Below, one piece after another: positions 39,701 to 50,885 of a stretch of DNA of 64,000 bases; the stretch's first letter is position 1, and each line of letters begins with the position of its first letter. The translations under genes were made by a program, and so were the position numbers. Origin of the DNA: Catajapyx aquilonaris (Eukaryota); the NCBI GenBank assembly GCA_000934665.2, contig KZ538010.1, positions 62,001 to 126,000 on the forward strand, in the 5' to 3' direction. The notes beneath the pieces were generated by a model. That model was not told the DNA's origin. It did not search any database and was given only the letters and a program-made list of their open reading frames with translations.

Positions 39701-42645
39701 TGTGAAAAAGTGACTCGACCAGCGAATCGAACGGAAAAAAGGAAACCGCCATATTCTAGTCATGGTTAAGCCATTAGTTCTAAACCAGTCCGACCAATAT
39801 TATGGGAACACTCGAAAGGCCATGATATATTTCTACACCAGCTCATACAACAATTTTTTCGATACCCAGTAACTGAATTGGGAGGATGGTTGTGGATGGA
39901 ACAGGGGGAAGGGTTGGGGTTGACGGGAGAGACAACCATGTTGTTACTGATTGGCAGTCAGCTGACAACTGAGGGGTTCCTCCAGGGTATATAGAAGGAA
40001 GGGTAGAGCCATAACGGATCGGGCCAATTATAGCGCAGCGGTAGTGACGTCACCGGGATGACAAAATTTCCCGCCAATTATGAAAGACAGGCTCTGGGCA
40101 CGGGGAAACGGGCTTGTGCCCGCTTGTGCCTGCGATTAGAGACTGAAACTCAGGTGATGTGCCATTGTACGACGTATTCTGATTGAAGGGAATGTGCTCA
40201 GTACTCACATCTCACTGTCGCCCACCACCTGGGCGCAAATGAAGGCCGGATTGGACCCACTTCCGAGCCTTCTTTGCGTCGCCTCGCCTCGCCGCTGCCC
40301 GTTTCTTCGCTCCTGCATTCAGATGGCGAATGCGAATAAATGTCCTGGTCCTGGAGTACAGCCTGATCACTTCAGGGTGGATGCTGGGGAACTTCTTTTG
40401 CAGCAATTGGCGAAGCAACATAATCACACGCTGTTCTTTTGAGGCGAAATTGCCGTGAATAGTCCAGAAAACCACCTCAAATTGTCGCACAGTTTCCAGC
40501 CACCATTCATTGGGTTGGTATAAGCCCCCCTTTGAAATCACGTCAAGCCAAGTGTCACGAGGTTTGGACCCACTCTGTTGACTGGTTCTTATGCCGAGTG
40601 TTTGATCTACTTTTCTTGCTCGGAAAGCGATATAACCAGCAAGGTATCTCATGCCTTCGTTGGAGCAATCCTTTTCTTTGCAGCCAAGAGGCGTAACTAC
40701 CTCCACTGAGTCATTGGTGATATCACTGGAGTCTGATACTGTGATGCCCAACTCTTTAGCTGTGTCGTCCACCTGAAAGAAGCTACGATTTTCTTCCTCA
40801 GCCTCAATTGTTACAATCAAATTGGGGTCTACACCACATCGGAGCACTTTACCAGTCAGCAAAGGCCCTGAATCCTCCATCGCTTCGTTGGTGCACTAAC
40901 TGATGCGCTCAGGGGGACATCGGCAGCATTGACTCCGAGCAGAAGCAGAGCAGAGTATCAGACTCCAGTGGTATCACCAATGGCTCAGTGGAGGTAGTTA
41001 CGCCTCTTGGCCGCAAAGAAAAGGATTGCTCCAACGAAGGCATGAGATACCTTGCTGGTTATATCGCTTTCCGAGCAAGAAAAGTAGATCAAACACTCGG
41101 CATAAGAACCAGTCAACAGAGTGGGTCCAAACCTCGTGACTCTTGGCTTGACGTGATTTCAAAGGGGGGCTTATACCAACCCAATGAATGGTGGCTGGAA
41201 ACTGTGCGACAATTTGAGGTGGTTTTCTGGACTATTCACGGCAATTTCGCCTCAAAAGAACAGCATGTGATTATGTTGCTTCGCCAATTGCTGCAAAAGA
41301 AGTTCCCCAGCATCCACCCTGAAGTGATCAGGCTGTACTCCAGGACCAGGACATTTATTCGCATTCGCCATCTGAATGCAGGAGCGAAGAAACGGGCAGC
41401 GGCGAGGCGAGGCGACGCAAAGAAGGCTCGGAAGTGGGTCCAATCCGGCCTTCATTTGCGCCCAGGTGGTGGGCGACAGTGAGATGTGAGTACTGAGCAC
41501 ATTCCCTTCAATCAGAATACGTCGTACAATGGCACATCACCTGAGTTTCAGTCTCTAATCGCAGGCACAAGCGGGCACAAGCCCGTTTCCCCATGCCCAG
41601 AGCCTGTCTTTCATAATTGGCGGGAAATTTTGTCATCCCGGTGACGTCACTACCGCTGCGCTATAATTGGCCCGATCCGTTATGGCGCTACCTGTAGGCT
41701 TCTATATACTTTGGGTTCGTCCCCCATTGTGCATCCTCGAAACAGGAGCCAATTGGAGGTGTCATGGTAACGATACATCGCAGTAACAATAGACAGGGGC
41801 CATTAGGATGCATGCAGTAACAACAATATGGGGTAGACTAATCAGAGGGCATATTCAAAAAACGCAAGCATTTTTTAATAGATTCTTTGAGTAAATGAAG
41901 TGTATTTGGTATTTGTTTATCAAAAAGGGCATTATTTAGGATCTGGGACTGGAATAATTGACTTTCTATGATTTCTAATGGGGAAAATTCAGCGTTCGAA
42001 TGGCTTCCAGGAACAAATTAAGTTCGAAGTACAGTACAAGGCACCACGCACCACTGTATACATATGGACTTTTGTAAGCTGACCATTCATAGCATTTGTA
42101 TCCCCAATACCAAAGCCTTCCAGCTCAATATTAAATTACCGCTTTGCTGTTATATCCATCTGACATAGTCTCGGCTGCTTCCAAGGCAGCCTTCAAGTGA
42201 TCCAATCCAATGTCCGGCATTCTTCTGAGCAGCTCCACCAGCAGCACGAAAAACCCTTCCCGGACACGTTCCCTCGACGAGGCCAACCCTCGAACTCCAC
42301 GGTCCACCGAGTATTGCAAAGCATGGCACAGACTCTGCTCACTGGTGGAAATGGGCTGTAATAACAACAACAAATCATCATTATCCAAGTTTACATACAA
42401 TTAGTGCTGTAGAAGCTATTAAAACCTGCTGGTTTGGGTGTGCATCTTATCCTATCTCTCACCTTGTATCTGTCTTGCCTCCTGGCAAGGTAGTCAAGTA
42501 GGACCCTGGCCGCCTTGATCCTGACGGACTCATTGGCGTTTCCCAGCTTGGTGAAGTTGTCCAGCACCACCCGATCCACCGAGGGCTTCCTTTTCTCCAG
42601 CAACCCTTCGCCTCCGCCAGCCACGCCGGTGCTGGAAGCCGCCAT
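33755..42645 (-). CDS. MYBBP1A: Myb-binding protein 1A / Pol5-like nucleolar protein
   Basis: RGVRGLASSRERVREGF, EPVWVEVVMELLLSLLS, acidic DDEEE tract, DMDEMDDAAMERVDKALADIF, LMHFRTRVLDLLE and a Lys-rich C-terminus. Large intron at 39074-42139. Confidence 0.9.
34599..35098. mobile_element. Degenerate ~500-bp MITE-like element in a MYBBP1A intron
   Basis: Inverted arms: GTTGCCGGAATTCACTGATTAC and CACAATCCCAATTAGTCAGTTTGCCAAGTGGCATCGTCCTGTGTAAGTCTG (34603-34722) match the reverse complement of 35017-35092. Confidence 0.6.
39431..39581. mobile_element. 151-bp MITE, PIF/Harbinger-like
   Basis: ~36-bp TIRs GGGCCATTCACACACGCCACCAAAATCATGATCTTC / GAAGATCGTGATTTTAGTGGCGTGTGTGGATGGCCC, flanked by TTA and TCA, with a central palindrome. 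Confidence 0.7.
39983..41713. mobile_element. Non-autonomous P-superfamily foldback element with ~740-bp inverted arms, each carrying the transposase C-terminus
   Basis: Termini CAGGGTATATAGAAG / CTTCTATATACTTTG. The 8-bp TSD is GGTTCCTC (39975-39982) / GGTTCGTC (41714-41721). Arms are ~40002-40740 and 40954-41692. ORFs 40212-40880(-) and 40988-41482(+) encode YLAGYI...WLDVISKGGLYQP...RTRTFIRIRHLN, resembling the P transposase C-terminal region. Confidence 0.92.
41925..42058 (+). mobile_element. Possible degenerate 3' end of a Tigger/pogo-type element
   Basis: ATTTCTAATGGGGAAAATT...CTTCCAGGAACAAATTAAGTTCGAAGT...CACCACTG-TA resembles, from memory, Tigger-type subterminal sequence and terminus. 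No matching left end was found. Confidence 0.35.
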
Positions 42646-43305
42646 TTTAACACTTGGTGCTGGTGGCTGATGAAGGAAGTAAAATCATCTGGAAACACTG
42701 GCAAGAAGAAGAAGGACCCACCCACACAAATGGCGATAAATACTCGCCGACATGCAATTTATATTAATCTAATTACATTAAAACAGTAACTCAACATTTA
42801 CTTTAATTTTGAGGGCAATGCAAAAATAAGCATTGTTTTGGTTGCAACCACATGCCATATATGAGAAAGTGTATGATAACTTTGCCTCTGCTGTAATTTC
42901 TCCTGTCAACATTACATACATAATTTTTTAGCCTCGTACATGTTAGCTGTAACGACATGAGTTTACTACAGTGCCCTAGCCTTTGGTGTGACCTGCCCAT
43001 CATTGTAATTTCATCTTGAATGATATAAAGGGTGTGTATTTGTACCGCCATGCTAGTTTTTACCAGGCAATGGTGGTCGATAAATTTCGCACGAAACTGG
43101 AAACCTCGCCAAGTCGCTGACTTTACCCATCTTCTTTTGCCTTTTTATTATTCAAAAACATGAGTTGAATTAAAGTTAAACATTTGCTGCGACTATTAAC
43201 TACACTCTCCCCCTTCCTTTATGATCACCTGCAGTGTCCTGTCCTCCCCCCCCCCCCTCCCCCCNCCCCCCAACCAACTCCCGGTTTGTAATTCCCTATC
43301 GGAAA

Positions 43306-46203
43306 ATGGCTGGCAGGTAAAGCGACGAGTGGTCCCCTCCGACCCGCTTCCCTCCCGCCGATCCCATCCTGACCCCGCACCCGGCACTTGACCTCGCCGG
43401 TCGCCCCCTCGGAGGGTCCGGCCGGTCCCGCCCTTGCTCTGCCCTTAGGAGAGGGCGGCTGGGAGGCGGAGGGAGACGGGGCAAAACTGCGCTTATAAAC
43501 AACGTGCGCCATAGACTAGGCCTAGCTGCCTCCCTCTCCCTGCCCTCCTCCCTCCATACACAAAGTCCAATGCCCCTTTTTTTTGCCATTGACCAGCGTT
43601 TGGTGACCTTGTGACCTGTTTATGTGGAAGGTGAAGGGCGACGGTTTTTGGAATGGAAGTGCTCAGGTTGATGGGGGAACAGAGTGTCTGCTGCCCATCC
43701 CAAGTGGTGCTTGCTCAAGTTGACACAAGTCAATGGGTTTCGCTGTTAGAGTGGTTGCATTCAGCTGGGGGTGTTCTGATGACATTGACAATTGCGCTGG
43801 GGGTACCTGCAGGGGATGTTCTTGACAGTGATGGTCGTGTGTGGGAGTCATGTCTGCTAGGCAAGATGCGTGGCAGCGACACACCTAGTTGTTGCAGCCA
43901 TTGGCAATCAGTGGGTGCAGGTTGACTAATCTGCATTTCTGGGGAGGGCAATTGTCACATTGCGGGAGAAGATTCCAAAGAATTGACTTAGAAGCCCCCT
44001 GTTGTTAGTGTTCCTCCAAAAAATATATGGAGGATAAGAATAACGTTTCCAGTAGATGTAACCCCAGCTGCATTGCTGTCAACAGGAGCAAGTGTAGTGT
44101 TTATGTGTTTTGTCAAGTGCCTTTCCCCAGGTACTTTTCGAGACTTGCTATGATATCAAAATGTTTTTCCTATGTTTCAGGAAATGTCACTCACTGAATA
44201 CCTTTCACTTCACAGGGACTATGGTCGTTTTGATGGCCGTCGGGGGGGCCCCCCCTCTGGTGGTGGTGGAGGAGGAGGTGGAGGTGGGAGCATCCGTGCA
44301 AAACTTGAGAATCTTGGAGAGCCTCCGTTCACACTCTATGTAGGGAACTTGCCTGATGGAGTTGTCCAGGGAGACATTGATGACATCTTCCAGGGCTTGA
44401 AGGTAACGTGGCTGTCATTCGTTACTGATGATTCTAGGAGGTTCACAATTTCAGGCTGTGCATTTTTTTAAATCGGTTTTTGTTCAGTGGCATGTGGTTT
44501 TCTCAACGCTATTGTGTCAGTGATGACCTTGTCGTGGAATAGTTGCTTGCTGATATTAGGTCTGACGTGTTCAGTGCGCTTGTTCTGTGTATTCAATTTA
44601 TGTTATGAATATATAGGCCTAGTGCTGTACTGAGGAAAAGTTATGGCAAATTAATATTAATGATGTGGCATTCAATAAAGAAAGAAGTGTGCTGAAGATG
44701 CACATGTACATCACTCCATTTTTTTTGTTGCTGGATGATAACTTTTGTTAGTTTTGTTTGCTTGAGTGGAAAGAGCCAAAGCAAGTAAGGCTATCTGGCT
44801 ATTATAAGATACACTGATGGAGATATAAACGAAAAGAGAAAAAATGAAGACGAGAGACTGGTATCTCTCGTTGCGTCTCGCCTTCCCAATAAACATTCCC
44901 ACATGAGTGACAAAGCTCTACCGTTGGTGTACTTTGAGTGCTTTCAGATTGCATGGGCCATGTGAATATTTTCAAGGATTACTATCTTTAGTTTCTTCTA
45001 ATGTTAGCCCCTAATGTGTGCATTTCATAGGTTCGTAATGTGCGACTCGTTCGTGACAAAGAGACAGACAGGTTCAAAGGTTTCTGCTATGTGGAGTTTG
45101 ATGACTTGGACAGCGTAGAACAGGCCCTCGGATATGATGGAGCGCAGCTGGATAACCGCATGTTGCGGGTGGACATTGCGGAGGGAAGACGTGGGGATAG
45201 GGGCGGATTTTCCAACCGCAGAGGAAATGGACGGCCAGGTGGTGGAGGTGAGGATTTATGTTTAAATACTTGATTCATTTCAAGTTATGCAGTATACAAT
45301 AATTTTTGAGAGAAACTGCCAATTTTGTACAATTTCTCTGATTTCAACTTTATAATGAGAGCGAGAATCCACAATTTCCATCAGCAAGTAATATTTTGCT
45401 TTAGTTGATGTGGCACTTGTGAATCATGTTCAAGGGTATATGCATACTGTAAGATTTAGATTTATGGCTTGACTAGAGATTTTTAAATATATACTGTACC
45501 ATCATGTGCTGAAATGTGAGGGGTTGGACATTGGAAGTGTACATCTGATTATAAGTTTGCAATATAATTTTCATAAGGAAGCATTGGACACTACTCATGT
45601 GATTACACAACCAAATGACCAACCTCTCACTGAAACTGGTTGTTTTCTGAATACAACTAGACTGAATCCTAACATTGCTTTCCAGGATTCAATGACCGTG
45701 GAGGACCTCCAAGGCCTGGTGGTGGTGGAGGCTTTGACCGCAGTAGTAGGGGCAGCTATGGCCGCTTCGACGAGCGTGGTGGTGGTGGCGGTGGTGGTGG
45801 TGGTAGAGACAGAGAGAGGCCAGGGAACTGGCCCAATTTCGGAGCGGGTGGTGGTGGTGCCGCCCCCGGGGGTGGGGGTGGGGGAGGTGGGAGGCCTCGT
45901 CGGGATAGTGACGAGGGTCGCAGGCCTCCACCAATGGAGGACCTTAGAGAACCCTCAGCAGGTGAGAAGGAAGTTAACTAGCATCACAGTTCATGACAAT
46001 ACTTTTACACCACTTTGGAAAACTTCAATTTGTGAAATTCCTTTTCTTCTGCAGAGGAGGCTGCAGCGCGGCCTCGCATCAAACTGCTGCCCCGCTCCGT
46101 GGCAGCACCCATCAACGCGGTGGCTCAGACGTCACAGTCGCAAAGCATATTTGGTGGGGCAAAACCCCGGGAGGAGAACCTGAAAAAGGGGGATGAGAAG
46201 TGA
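43306..46203 (+). CDS. EIF4H: Eukaryotic translation initiation factor 4H
   Basis: Short first coding exon ATGGCTGGCAG|gt. [14 protein letters not shown]...[20 protein letters not shown]...[12 protein letters not shown]-rich middle, then C-terminal [11 protein letters not shown]...[11 protein letters not shown]. Confidence 0.93.
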
Positions 46204-48245
46204 GGAGGGAGCGTAGTTGAAGGAAATAATAACATCAATGCTTTGACTACAAAAAAATAATTATACATAAGATAAAAAAATAGCAAAAAAGAACATCATC
46301 TGCATCCCAGACCTCTGTTTGTTCCCTCCCTTTGAATTATTTAAGGGGTAAGGGGACGCACTTGTTTTCCCACCCCACCCCCAAAATTAATTACACAGAT
46401 TCTTATCCTCTCACTTAGTTTTGTACTTGTTGCTTTCTTGATGGAATTCTACTTTTTTGTGCCGACCTATTCGTTTACTCTTTTGCCAACTGTTTTCTCG
46501 TAACAACACAGTTTCTCTTGATGGAAAGAAACCTGAAGCAAAGTGAAGAAGTTATGCTGCCTAGTGCCAGCAAGGTGGTTTGAACTGCATCCCAGTTTTT
46601 TTACAAAACTGAATTATGTTGTTAATTTTTTTATTAAAATGTAATGATAATGAATGTGTGCCCGTCTTAGATCCAGTTTATCTTTTCTCTGTGCATCTTG
46701 ACATGGAAATTAGGTGGGACTTGTTCGTAGCCAGTGGATAAAAAAAAAGGACTGATTTGCATAAGGATGTGATTAAGAATTAATTTTGTTTGATGTCCAC
46801 CCATCCTGCATTCCCCATCGCCAAGCACTCCTGTTACCTTCTTGTATAATACCACTAATAAATTTAGGCCTGCTGACCAGTGCTTCAAACAGTGGGTGAA
46901 GTAAGGTTACATTTGCTGATGAATATAGCAATTTCATAGCCGTAAGGTCAGGGAGGTGTATGGGTTCTTGTTTCGTTAGGGTTTCAATTGTTGGGCCATT
47001 TAAAGCAGGGTGGATGACTTGGGTACGTCTGCGTCATGACCTGTACGAATTATATGTGCTGAGTGCTTTGGCTATTATGTACTCACTTTATTTTCAGAGT
47101 GTATGCAAAGTACAAGCAAACTCTCTCCCTGTCCCCATTTGTTACTCTTGTGAGTGTGTAGCCTGCCATAATGTAGTCAATCGTCTTTCTCTGTGTTGCT
47201 TGCCAAAGACACGCCTCCCTTCCCCACTCCTCTGTAACTTGTGTTAAGTCACTCAGTGGATGGCAATGGTTGCAATCAGTCTACTGTAAGAAGAAAAATC
47301 ATGGTTAAAAGAAAGACCAAAAAAAAAAATGCATTCAAGAATGTACAGAAGTTATTTTTCATAAAACTTTCAAATAAAGATTCGTAGTCAATATAATGCA
47401 CACGGATTTCTTTGGGCTGGTGGGTAAGAGGGGTGGTGCCCGTTTGCAGCACAGAGGCAGGTGAATTCGGTAGTTTCTACTTAATTTTTAACCGCAGGAG
47501 CACATGTTCATTTGGTCACATGATTTGCATAGTGAGTGGAATCAGTAGGTAAGAATCCAGAGCTTTGTTCTGCTGCTGATGATATAAGTCATTTCTTAAA
47601 CAATTTTATCATATCCGTTGATGAATGCTTTGGATGTCGTGAAAAACCTGTTTACACAACAATGCTAAAGCATGTTGAGATTGTGCAGGTAACTCATGCT
47701 GTATGTCACTGCCAGGTGGACCATACAGTCTGATACAGTACAGTACCAGCTGTATGACAACCTACTGGCATCTTGAAGGATGCCTTGCACTGTTGCGTAG
47801 CAAACAGTCTTGTAAACAGTCCTTGTAAACTATCAATATCAAAATTTCAAGTGAAAGGTGCAAGAACCTGGTACCCACAAAGGAATGCAACAGGGCCTGT
47901 CCACGCTTTCCATCGAAGATTCGAGGCGCACATATTGCCCTCCAGCTCGTTCGAAGATCCCGCCTCGTGTGAGCAATGCCATGCATGCAACGCCACCTGC
48001 CACACAAATGGTGCTCCTTCCTGCATCAAAGATGGAGTCCCAAATGCCCCTTGCCCGATTGCTTCAAGTTTGATCAATGCCCTGGTCCTCCGTGGTGCGA
48101 GCGGAGTGGTGGTGCCGCGTCCTCTTCTTCGTCCTCCTCCTCTTGTACCGCCGCACCGTCGTCACCCTGCATCCCCAGTCTAGTGGTCTTCGGTGGGCCG
48201 CCACTTGACAGTCTCTGCGGTGGCTCCTCCGAGCACGCTGGAGGC

Positions 48246-50283
48246 ATGGCCAGGTCGGCCAGGTTTCTCTACATGACTTTCGGTGCGGGGACGGCCTCGG
48301 GGGTGGCCCTCACCCTTTGGGGGCACGACAAGTGGCCCGACACCTGGAAGGGGAAGGACAAACAGACAGCTACCTGGAACTACAACTGGGATAGGTACAA
48401 TAATTGCAGCATTGCACAAAGCCAAAGCTTCAAAAAGTGTTGCCTCATCTGCTTTATCTCTGGCCATTTCACATGTCAGGTTTGATGTGAACAACAACGC
48501 CAGGGAGATCGAGTCTGCAGGAGAGAAGACGAGAGCTACCCGACACATCATCCTGATCAGGCATGGCCAATACAACACTAATGGGAGTCATGATGGTGTC
48601 AGGAAGCTCACGACATTAGGCAAGTCACAATTTGATTATTGCATGAAAATCATTACTAATAATGCAAACTTACTGTTTCATTAAATTTTCAGGCAGGGAG
48701 CAGGCAGACCTGACGGGTATCCGGCTGCAGCAACTAGGCTTTCCCTTTTCAGCCATCATAAGCTCGACAATGACCAGAGCCTCAGAAACAGCTGACATAA
48801 TTGCCCGCCACTTCCCAGATGTAACTGTCCAGCGCTGTCCACTCATCTGTGAAGGTGCACCAATTCCTCCAGAGCCACCCTTGCGTACCTGGACTCCCGA
48901 CAAGGAGGTGAGTCTGCCTGCTGGTGATGGGGTATTTTCCAGGGGGTGTCCACTCTATAATGAGGTGGACATTTTCTTAATAATGAATAGACTCCAGCAC
49001 TTCCTCATGGAACCATAGGCAGGTATCAGATGTGCACTTCCTTCTCTCAATTTCTGTAAAGTATGACACCATATACCAAATTTGTATGTCTGCGAAATGT
49101 TTTCCCCTTTATGCTAGCTATTTTCGAAATCCATAATTCAATCGCATATGAGAATCCACAGCTAATTTCCGATAGGAGCATTCCTAGACAAATCATGAAA
49201 CTCGATTTTCTCATTTTACCACTCTCTTGTTATGATAAATCTTGTCAAAGAACCTTGGTCCAAGATGATGTGCACACTTTTACACTACCCTGCATTTGTG
49301 ACCTACTGATTCCTTTAATTTGGCATATTAAGATTGAAAATGGTGGACGGCATGGTGGTCCAGTGGTTACGCCACTTGCCAGTCAAGCGGGAGGCCGGGG
49401 TTCAAATCCCGTCCCCGTCACCTCTGCTTGGCCGGGTCTTTTTCCACTTTTCTCCCGACATGCCAGAGCAGAGTTGCACTCCCTTCTCTGCTCGGGGCCA
49501 GGAGAAAAGACCTGGTGTTAAAGAATGTCAGAAATGGCTTTCGCACGGCGCCCTCCCTTGGGAACTTGCCCCTCCCCCCTAAGAGGGCCTCAAGCCCTAT
49601 CACGGGGTAACAAAAAAAAAAGAAAGAAAGAAAGAAGGAAAGAAAGAAAGAAAGAAAGAAAGGTAAATGCATTGAATTCATTTTGAGATTTGTCGATGGT
49701 CTTAGGTCAAATTATGCCAATTGTGATGTTCAATTGGACTTCTACTTACATCATTAGTTAATTGTACTACTTTTTAGTGATGCTATTCAGGGACTGCCCC
49801 AGATAAACCTGGATAAAATTATCTATTTTAACAAGTTTAATACTTCGTAGGGGGCTTACTGAAGGGTTTTCCCAGCACTTACAGGTTAGCAGGGCCAGCT
49901 TTTTTACCTCTGTTGAAGGTGTTTGTGTTAATTCTAGCATTTCATAAAGGACGGACAGCGAATTGAGTCGGCATTTCGAACATACTTTCATCGAGCTGCC
50001 CCTACTCAGGAGAAGGATAGTTATGACCTCCTTGTTTGTCATGCCAATGTCATCCGCTACTTTGTCTGCAGGTAAGGTCTTTTATTTGCTTGTAATGGAT
50101 CGGGGCATTTACCAAATGCATTACTTTTACAGGGCATTGCAGTTTCCTCCAGAGGCATGGCTGCGGTTAAACCTCCACAACGGCAGCATCACTTGGTTGA
50201 GTATTCGACCAAGCGGACGAGTGACCCTGCGAGTCATGGGTGACTCTGGTCACATCCCTCCAGAAAAAATTACTTCCAACTGA
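48246..50283 (+). CDS. PGAM5: Mitochondrial Ser/Thr protein phosphatase PGAM5
   Basis: WNYNWDR motif, [77 protein letters not shown]. Confidence 0.95.
49345..49662 (+). mobile_element. tRNA-derived SINE (head resembles tRNA-Asp) in a PGAM5 intron
   Basis: A-box TGGTCCAGTGG and B-box GGTTCAAATCC. The head CTTGCCAGTCAAGCGGGAGGCCGGGGTTC resembles tRNA-Asp. A ~190-bp body follows, then an A10-(GAAA)n tail at 49612-49661. Confidence 0.8.
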
Positions 50284-50885
50284 CGGCACGTGTGTCGACA
50301 TCCGGCGGTGTCGACACACATAGATCCTGCGAAAGCAGCATGAGGAGGAGGAGGCATAGACAAATCAGGAGAAGAACCTGGTCGAGGAATTTTTCCAAAC
50401 TTAACGTGCAGACTGGCAGAGGTTTCGTCATGTAACTATTGATATTGCCAATGATATTTTTGGCCTGCAGGTTTCAGGGCAAAGCTGACTTGTTAATGTG
50501 TTGCCACTTTGTACATAGTCAATATTAGTTTAAGTTTCTTTTGTCATGAGTTGGATAAGACTTGTGTGTATGGCAAATGCAACTAGTTGAATCCTGGTGT
50601 TGCCTGAGGAGAAATTGATTGTTGTGTAATTGAGATTGATGATTGTAACGCTCATTGTGTTTATTGACTCACCCTCTTTTGTATACATAATTTAATTTCT
50701 AGTACAGATTAACATGGTGGTTGGAAAATTATGTTGGAAGATAGTTGTTTTTTTTCGATATGAGGACACAATAAAGTACACAGGACAGTTAACGAAAAAA
50801 GCTGTGAGACATCACTTGCAACGGCAACAAGGTGATTGATTTGAGCCCAGAAATTGAAAGCAAAAGAAATATGAAATGAGCACGT

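Noticed and set aside
40212..41482. Two 'paralogous genes' of 222 and 164 aa
   Set aside because: They are the two arms of one foldback element and encode only a truncated transposase C-terminus.
44516..44566. Possible C/D-box snoRNA in an eIF4H intron (GTGATGA...CTGA)
   Set aside because: Only ~50 nt long, and I cannot identify an rRNA/snRNA guide. It would need snoscan/Infernal support.
47762..48183. Cys/His-containing ORFs between eIF4H and PGAM5
   Set aside because: No family motif or consistent exon structure in any frame.
49345..49420. tRNA gene
   Set aside because: The acceptor and anticodon arms are imperfect and the sequence continues into a body and simple-repeat tail, as expected for a SINE head.
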